Position numbers and translations under genes: made by a program. A DNA stretch of 64,000 nucleotides from an uncultured delta proteobacterium (GTDB taxonomy: Bacteria; Desulfobacterota; Desulfobacteria; Desulfobacterales; JAFDCJ01): assembly GCA_963769935.1 (NCBI GenBank), contig CAVYNY010000013.1:224001-288000 (forward strand). Direction: 5' to 3'. The stretch's first letter is position 1; each line of letters opens with the position of its first letter. Under the pieces are notes generated by a model. It saw nothing but the letters and a program-made list of their open reading frames with translations. It searched no databases and was not told the DNA's origin. Positions 57,899-64,000 of the stretch are shown one piece after another.

Positions 57899-60589
57899 AT
57901 GAGCATCGAAAACCTGGATAAGATATTTCGACCAAAATCAATAGCGATTGTCGGGGCAAGTGAAAGAAAGCCAAGCATCGGATCGACCCTGATGCGCAAC
58001 CTGATCGAAGGCGGCTTTCCGGGCGCCATCCACCCCATCAACCCCAATCATAATACAGTATGGCAGCGGCCGGCCTTTCCCTCGATCAAGGACCTGAAGA
58101 CCCCGGTGGATCTGGCGGTCATTTCAATACCCATAACGGCAGCCGTCCAAGTCGTCAAAGACTGCGCGGAGACCGGCGTCGGCGGTGTGGTAATCATTTC
58201 GGCCGGCGGCAAGGAAGTCGGAGAAAAGGGTATAAATTTGGAGGCCGCCATCCGGCAGGAAGCACTACGGGCAGGCATTCGTATTATCGGCCCCAATTGT
58301 GCCGGCATTATGAGCAGCCGCTCCAAATTGAACGCCAGCTTCACAGACCGGATTCCGCGGCCCGGCAAAATGGCCTTTATTTCACAAAGCGGTGCTCTTT
58401 GCACGGCAATTCTGGATCTTTCCGTCACCGAAAACATCGGGTTCAGCCATTTTGTGAGTCTTGGCGGCATGCTGGATGTCGATTTCGGCGATATGATCGA
58501 TTATCTCGGCAGCGAACCGGAAGTTGCCAGCATCGTGATGTACGTGGAAGGCTTGACCCGGTTCAGAAAATTCATGAGTGCGGCCCGGGCGGTATCCAGG
58601 GTTAAACCGATTATTGCTTTAAAGGCCGGCCGATCGCAGGCAGGGGCGCTGGCGGCGGTTTCGCACACGGGCGCGCTGGCCGGTGAAGATGCGATATATG
58701 ATGCAGCTTTGCAGCGCGCAGGTATTCTGCGGGTGAAAACTTTTGAAGAACTGTTTGACTGCGCGGAGCTTCTTGCCAAACAACCGAAGCCTGCCGGTCA
58801 CGGCCTGGTGATCGTCAGCAATGCGGGCGGCCCGGCGGTAATGGCTGCCGATGCATTGTCCGACTATGGATGCGATCCGGTGACGTTGAGCGCAGAAACC
58901 GTTAAAAATTTAACTGAAATTATGCCGCCATACTGGAGCAGGCGCAATCCCATCGACATGCTGGGCGAAGCCACCCCGGAGCTTTATCGCCGGGTATGTG
59001 AAATTTGCCTGCAAACAAAGGAGGTCAACGGGATTTTGATTATGTCGGCACCCCAGGCGGTGATTGATCCGACCGAGATCGCGGCGTCCCTGGTGGATAC
59101 CATTAGCGGACGGTCAATTCCGATAGTCACATCCTGGGTCGGCGGATTGACAATGCAGAAAGGCCGGGATATTTTTAATCGGGCCGGAATCCCGACTTTC
59201 GACACCCCCGAACGCGCTGTGCGCGCTTTCATGGATATATATCGCTATTCAAAAAATATCGAAATGCTTCAGCAAATTCCTTCCCGGCTTCCCCGCCGGC
59301 TGGAGTTTGACCGGCAAAAAGCAACAACCCTGATTCATACGGGACTCGAAGCCCAAAATTATCTGCTCACCGAAATAGAGTCCAAGGCGTTGTTGTCGGC
59401 TTACGGAATACCCGTCAACCGGACGGCAACGGCGTCCAGCAGCGCGGAGGCCGTCCAAGCGGCAGCCGCTATGGGCTACCCCGTGGTATTGAAGATCAAC
59501 TCCCGCGATATCACCCATAAATCAAATGCCGGCGGGGTCATGCTTAATCTGCAAAATGGAAACGAGGTAGGGGACGCCTATGACCGGATTGTTCGGGAGG
59601 CCCGGACACTTTGTCCGGATGCCCGGCTCGAAGGTGTAACGGTACAGCCGATGCACCATCGCCCGGATTTTGAACTTTTGCTGGGGGCTAAAATGGACCG
59701 GGATTTCGGGCCGGTGATATTGTTCGGTATGGGGGGAACCCTAACCGAGGTAATCCAGGATCGGGCGATCGCACTGCCGCCGCTTAACCGCCTGCTGGCC
59801 AGAAGGCTGATGGAACAAACCCGGATTTACCGATCGCTGCAGGGGTATCGGAACATTCCGGCCGCCGATCCGGCAATGCTCGAAGAAATTTTAATCCGGC
59901 TGGCGCAGCTGGTCACGGATTTTGCCGAAATTGAAGAGCTCGACATCAATCCCTTATTCGTAACCGGCAACAATGCGTGTGCCATCGATGCCCGGGTCGT
60001 ATTACGGCCTTCTCAAACCAAAGCGCCGCTTCACCTGGTAATCAGCCCTTATCCGGATCAGTATGAGCAGCACGTGCGAACCGCTGCAAACGTCGATATA
60101 TTCATCCGTCCGATCCGTCCCGAAGATGCACCGCTGCTGGCAGAGCTGTTTGAGTCCCTTTCTCCGCGCAGTGTTTACATGCGATTTTTCACACCGCTGA
60201 AACGTCTGCCCCACAGCATGCTGGCAAGGTTTACTCAAATCGACTATGATCGTGAAATCGCCCTGGTTGCGCTCGCTGAAGGTAAAACTGCCGAAAGAAT
60301 GCTGGGAGTGGCGCGGATCATAACGGAAAACAATCAGAAGAAAGCTGAATTTTCGGTTGCGGTGGGTGATGCCTGGCAGGGCAAAGGCATCGGCGCGGAG
60401 CTGCTCAGGCGCTGCCTGGCCATTGCCGGGAAAGGCGATATAGAAGAGGTCTGGGGGGTCATTCTATCCGAGAATATCCAGATGCTGGCTCTGGCGAAAA
60501 AATTGGGTTTCAAATTCAAAAATGCCCCGGGCACCGGAGAGTACGAGTTGAGCATCGATTTGCGAAAACAAAACCGGCTCGCATATTAA
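57899..60589 (+). CDS. pat: NDP-forming acyl-CoA synthetase-like protein fused to C-terminal GNAT (Pat/PatZ-type lysine acetyltransferase)
   Basis: PKSIAIVGAS, GPNC, SQSGA, SHTGAL, THKS..GGV, DINPL, IRPIRPED, WQGKGIG. Confidence 0.92.
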   Translation: MSIENLDKIFRPKSIAIVGASERKPSIGSTLMRNLIEGGFPGAIHPINPNHNTVWQRPAFPSIKDLKTPVDLAVISIPITAAVQVVKDCAETGVGGVVIISAGGKEVGEKGINLEAAIRQEALRAGIRIIGPNCAGIMSSRSKLNASFTDRIPRPGKMAFISQSGALCTAILDLSVTENIGFSHFVSLGGMLDVDFGDMIDYLGSEPEVASIVMYVEGLTRFRKFMSAARAVSRVKPIIALKAGRSQAGALAAVSHTGALAGEDAIYDAALQRAGILRVKTFEELFDCAELLAKQPKPAGHGLVIVSNAGGPAVMAADALSDYGCDPVTLSAETVKNLTEIMPPYWSRRNPIDMLGEATPELYRRVCEICLQTKEVNGILIMSAPQAVIDPTEIAASLVDTISGRSIPIVTSWVGGLTMQKGRDIFNRAGIPTFDTPERAVRAFMDIYRYSKNIEMLQQIPSRLPRRLEFDRQKATTLIHTGLEAQNYLLTEIESKALLSAYGIPVNRTATASSSAEAVQAAAAMGYPVVLKINSRDITHKSNAGGVMLNLQNGNEVGDAYDRIVREARTLCPDARLEGVTVQPMHHRPDFELLLGAKMDRDFGPVILFGMGGTLTEVIQDRAIALPPLNRLLARRLMEQTRIYRSLQGYRNIPAADPAMLEEILIRLAQLVTDFAEIEELDINPLFVTGNNACAIDARVVLRPSQTKAPLHLVISPYPDQYEQHVRTAANVDIFIRPIRPEDAPLLAELFESLSPRSVYMRFFTPLKRLPHSMLARFTQIDYDREIALVALAEGKTAERMLGVARIITENNQKKAEFSVAVGDAWQGKGIGAELLRRCLAIAGKGDIEEVWGVILSENIQMLALAKKLGFKFKNAPGTGEYELSIDLRKQNRLAY

Positions 60590-60654
60590 AACGCAACAAT
60601 GAACAATAAAAAGGCAATCGAAGCGTACCAGAAGGTCTTTGAAAGTCTCGGTCC

Positions 60655-60778
60655 TGGAGTAATGGAGTGATGGAGTATTGGAGTATTAAAAAAAAAGATA
60701 TCAAACCTTCAGCCATTTCTCCGATACTCCAGTACTCTTACCTGTCCCGTCGAAGCTTTAGCGAAGACGGACACTCCG
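60655..60778. repeat. 8-bp-period inverted arms (TGGAGTRW / TACTCC) with a nested hairpin element
   Basis: TGGAGTAA TGGAGTGA TGGAGTAT TGGAGTAT at 60655-60686; right arm interrupted by CCTGTCCCGTCGAAGCTTTAGCGAAGACGGA. Confidence 0.75.
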
Positions 60779-61325
60779 AGGTTCAAGGAGAACCATTTAT
60801 CGCTGCCATTTACGGTGGATCGACCCGTGGGGGTTGCTTTGTCTTACCGGGCGTCGCGTTGATCATTCGGATATGGAAAATTTTTGAAAAGAAAAGAGAA
60901 AAATTTATCCGCCCGGATTCTAAGCGCCTAAAAATCTTTCCGCACAGCGGGTATCTTGGATTTTACCGCCAAAGGCGCTAAAAGACAGGAGAGCGAAGTG
61001 CCCTAGTCGTTGCGGGTGAAACCGGGTGCGAAACACCCGGTTTGGAAAACCCAATCATAAGCGGCCCCCTTCACTGATCAATCAGTTAGGGTCCTGTCAA
61101 AAAAAATTGTTGTAACGGGTGCCGGGCGATGGGTGAACATAAAAAATATGGCTCCAAATAACTTGATTTTGTCATAAAATTAATCTAAGACTTCCTTGTT
61201 TTGGTAGGTGATGAATCTGCCTCTTTGAAGGCGCCTTGGTTTCGCTCTGAAGGAATGATCCATTTGAAAAAATGGCATCCTGAAGCTTGGAACCGTAAAA
61301 TTTTTCAGCATGGAGGATGCTCGCG

Positions 61326-61526
61326 ATGGCGACTGGAATTGTCAAATGGTTTAATGATAAGAAAGGCTACGGTTTTATCGAACAGGAAGACGGTCCGGAT
61401 GTGTTTGTCCATCATTCCGGAATCAACGCCGCCGGTTTCAAGACCCTGAAGGAAGGTGATCGGGTTGAATTTGAAATTGAGCAGGGGAAAAAAGGGCCGT
61501 CGGCCGTAAATGTCACGGTGGTCTAA
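61326..61526 (+). CDS. cspA: Cold-shock protein
   Basis: GIVKWFN, KGYGFI (RNP1), VFVH (RNP2). Confidence 0.96.
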   Translation: MATGIVKWFNDKKGYGFIEQEDGPDVFVHHSGINAAGFKTLKEGDRVEFEIEQGKKGPSAVNVTVV

Positions 61527-61545
61527 GGCACCATTTTTTTAATTC

Positions 61546-61590
61546 AAACTGGGCGTTTCAGAAGTTACGGAGAAACGCCCAGTTTATTTT
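61546..61590 (+). terminator. Rho-independent terminator after cspA
   Basis: AAACTGGGCGTTTC...GAAACGCCCAGTTT then ATTTT. Confidence 0.8.
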
Positions 61591-61906
61591 ATGCAGCTTG
61601 ACGGGTAAAAAGTGGATTCTACAACTCCTCGTCGTTCGGAAACTTCATGCCGAGACATTCCACCGGCCTTGCATCCGTCATGAACTCCTCTTCAAAGAGC
61701 CTTCCGGAACCCGGTTTGCCGGGGACAAACTTTATATGGTCGCCACGGGATTGAGACGAATTCGGGTGATAATCTATCCTTGCAACCGATTGCATTTAAA
61801 GTGCGGCGATATCAGCAATGCGGATGTTTTAAAGACGAGGCTGAATAATTACCAAACTATACTTATTTTGTAATTGATTTTAAACACAAAATTCCGTTTC
61901 GGGACA

Positions 61907-62932
61907 TCAAGTCAGCTTATATTTTTGGCGCAGCCTGGTGGAAAGATCCTGAACCACCTTGAAGGCCTTTTCAACCGTTTTCTCGCCGTCCGGATTCACC
62001 AGGCAGCAGGTGGCGGGGGAAAGCAAGCTTTGGGCCAGCAGCCAATCCCTGTCGATTCCTTTGCTGCTGAGAATCGACCAGATCTCTAAAAGCCTTCCCG
62101 TCAGCGATTGCGCATTTTCGGCTTCAAATGGTTCAAAATTGGTTGGGACCAGCCCCCAGACAATCACACCGCCTCTGTCCAGGAAGCGTTTAATCGAATG
62201 GGCATAATTGGCAAATATAGCGCCGTTCAGATAAACGTCCAACGAAAGAATATCCAGGTCCAGGTTCAGCAGAAAATCCCAGTCGGGGTTGCCGCAGAGA
62301 TGAATCCCGCGCGGCCGCTCAACCATGGCCAGAAATGTTTCCATGTCGCTGCGGGCGGCCGAGCTGTCGTAACCCGATAGGGCGCTGAACAGAAACTGCA
62401 GTCCCGGCTCGTCGATAAACATAAACGCATTGGAATTTATTTTTTTTAGACGCGCCAGTTGGACGTTGATGCGCCGGGCCATAAATTCATACAAAAAGGG
62501 CCGCACCGTGTCGTCGAAGATAATCGGCCGTTTGTCCTGATCCAGCACATTCAGTCCGAAGCTGATCGGCCCTTCGAGCTGCCCCCTGATAGCGGGCCGT
62601 TCCGAGAGTTCCAGGTCGAGAAACCGGTGGTAGACATCCGAATATTGCGCGCTGATATCAAAGTAGGCCGGTTCCTCGAAACGGGCCAGGGTATCTCCAA
62701 GTTCAACGATAAACTTGTCCATGGAAAATGCCAGGGTATGCTTTTCCATATCCAGCACAATTCCCGGAAAGTGCTCCGAGGCCTGCACGTACATGTCCTC
62801 ATAATAACTCAAACGCGGCAGCTGCGGCCAGAACGGAATATCCATCGAAAGCGCAGCCTTGAGGGCCCGCTCAGGATCGGTATGCGGCATAACTGCCATG
62901 GCGGTGGTAAGCAAGTTTCCGGGAATAGGCAA
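61907..62932 (-). CDS. Single-barrel core-MetE-like (folate-independent methionine synthase-like) protein
   Basis: WPQLP, GPISFG, FIDEP, HLC, SLD, WGLVPT, SPATCC; TTG start with AAGGAG RBS. Confidence 0.7.
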   Translation of the reverse strand: MPIPGNLLTTAMAVMPHTDPERALKAALSMDIPFWPQLPRLSYYEDMYVQASEHFPGIVLDMEKHTLAFSMDKFIVELGDTLARFEEPAYFDISAQYSDVYHRFLDLELSERPAIRGQLEGPISFGLNVLDQDKRPIIFDDTVRPFLYEFMARRINVQLARLKKINSNAFMFIDEPGLQFLFSALSGYDSSAARSDMETFLAMVERPRGIHLCGNPDWDFLLNLDLDILSLDVYLNGAIFANYAHSIKRFLDRGGVIVWGLVPTNFEPFEAENAQSLTGRLLEIWSILSSKGIDRDWLLAQSLLSPATCCLVNPDGEKTVEKAFKVVQDLSTRLRQKYKLT

Positions 62933-63126
62933 TGTTAAAACTCCTTAAAACTCCTTTAACTGGTTGCCGGGTACGGCGGTCTGCCCGGCGGAGTAAAATC
63001 GTGTCAATCTTACTATATTTAATCAGGAAGTAAATATGGATAAGATAAAATCAAATATTAATTGATTGATAAAATTAGACTATGTTGTTAATTATTTTTT
63101 AAATAATACAAATATTTTCTGCTGCG

Positions 63127-64000
63127 CTATTTCGCCCGGCGGCTTTGTTCGTATGCTTCCAAAGTTTGACGGGCGATACTTTGCCAGCTGAAGCGCTCTT
63201 CCACTCTCCGGCGTGCGGCCACACCCATCTCGATGCGTCTTTCCGGCGACCGCATCAATGTGTCGATAGCAGCGGCCAGATCCCGTGCAAATTGCTCGGG
63301 ATATTTCGGTTCGGCATCTTGCGGGCCGGAAGGTTCGAAGGGCACCAGCAAGCCGGTCTTGTCGTGTACCACCACCTCGGGAATCCCACCTACCGAAGCG
63401 GCAACTACCGGCGTACCGCAGGCCATCGCCTCCAGGTTGATGATCCCGAATGGTTCATACACGGATGGGCAAATAAATACGGCCGCCAGGCTGTACAGAG
63501 GGATCAGGAATTCTGCGGGGACCATCTCCCGGATCCAGATTACCTTTTTGTCGGTTTTTGCGCGGACTTTTGATATTTCGGTTTCTACTTCTTTGGCAAT
63601 TTCCGGCGTATCTGCTGCATCAGCGCAGAGTATTGTCTGACAGTCTGTCTCCACGTGGTGCAAGGCTCTGAGCAGGTGCACGATCCCTTTCTGCCGTGTC
63701 ACCCGACCGACAAACAGCATGAAAGGTTTGTCCGGTTCGATGCCGTATCGATTGAGAGCTGCGGGATGTCGGATTTGCCGGTACGTGTCCGTGTCGATGC
63801 CGTTGTGGATTACCTGCACTTTGGCCGCGCTCACGTCATAAAGATCCAGAATATCGTTCTTCATGGCCCGCGAGACGGCAATGATTCGATCAGCGTTGCC
63901 CAGTGCCGTTTTTTCCAACCAGCCGGCGACGTAATAGCCGTTGCCAAGCTGTTCCTTTTTCCAGGGTCGATGCGGCTCGAGGGAATGCGTGGTCACCACC
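63127..64000 (-). CDS. GT4 glycosyltransferase, GlgM/actinobacterial GlgA type (5' end beyond the window)
   Basis: HSLEPHRPWKKEQLGNGY, FVGRVTRQKG, YEPFGIINLEAMAC, VGGIPEVV. Confidence 0.88.
   Translation of the reverse strand, partial: VVTTHSLEPHRPWKKEQLGNGYYVAGWLEKTALGNADRIIAVSRAMKNDILDLYDVSAAKVQVIHNGIDTDTYRQIRHPAALNRYGIEPDKPFMLFVGRVTRQKGIVHLLRALHHVETDCQTILCADAADTPEIAKEVETEISKVRAKTDKKVIWIREMVPAEFLIPLYSLAAVFICPSVYEPFGIINLEAMACGTPVVAASVGGIPEVVVHDKTGLLVPFEPSGPQDAEPKYPEQFARDLAAAIDTLMRSPERRIEMGVAARRRVEERFSWQSIARQTLEAYEQSRRAK

Noticed and set aside
60779..61060. 6S RNA or c-di-GMP-I riboswitch
   Set aside because: Only short motifs (GGTTCAAGG; GAAA-capped stem); the other conserved elements were not found

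Overview
Bacterial chromosomal segment whose gene content suggests a Desulfobacterota (Desulfobacterales-like) anaerobe; this is an inference from the sigma54/two-component clusters, multiple USPs, PPDK, MaeB and a core-MetE-like enzyme. In order: (1) 0.4-7.2 kb, a sugar-type ABC importer with one permease fused to a strictosidine-synthase-like beta-propeller, plus a degenerate partner propeller, next to a 3' fragment of tRNA-Phe (att-like scar). (2) 7.9-21.3 kb, a dense two-component/sigma54 cluster around a DASS transporter. (3) 22-33 kb, USP, DegP, a tripartite RND pump and maeB. (4) 33-40.2 kb, an eroding zone of internally deleted genes (PRC barrel, UPF0182, HAD, H+-ATPase, pgm, glgP). 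(5) 40.3-51.1 kb, the best candidate for an undescribed system: fused secDF, a HAD-UbiA/DprE1/DprE2 lipid-linked arabinofuranose pathway and three exported proteins (phosphodiester-glycosidase-like, Cys-rich FGE/C-lectin, possible second C-lectin-like), with no flippase or GT-C transferase in the cluster. (6) 51.5-60.6 kb, a sigma54 operon with USPs, PilZ, ppdK, tandem rubredoxin-like, CBS-ACT and Pat, sharing an enhancer motif with the usp promoter at 21.5 kb. (7) cspA, a core-MetE-like gene and a partial GlgM-type glycosyltransferase. Many intergenic gaps hold non-coding elements built from 7-9 bp periodic arrays, often as inverted arms and nested. No CRISPR array, rRNA, intact tRNA, integrase or transposase was seen. 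All calls come from motif reading, not database searches.
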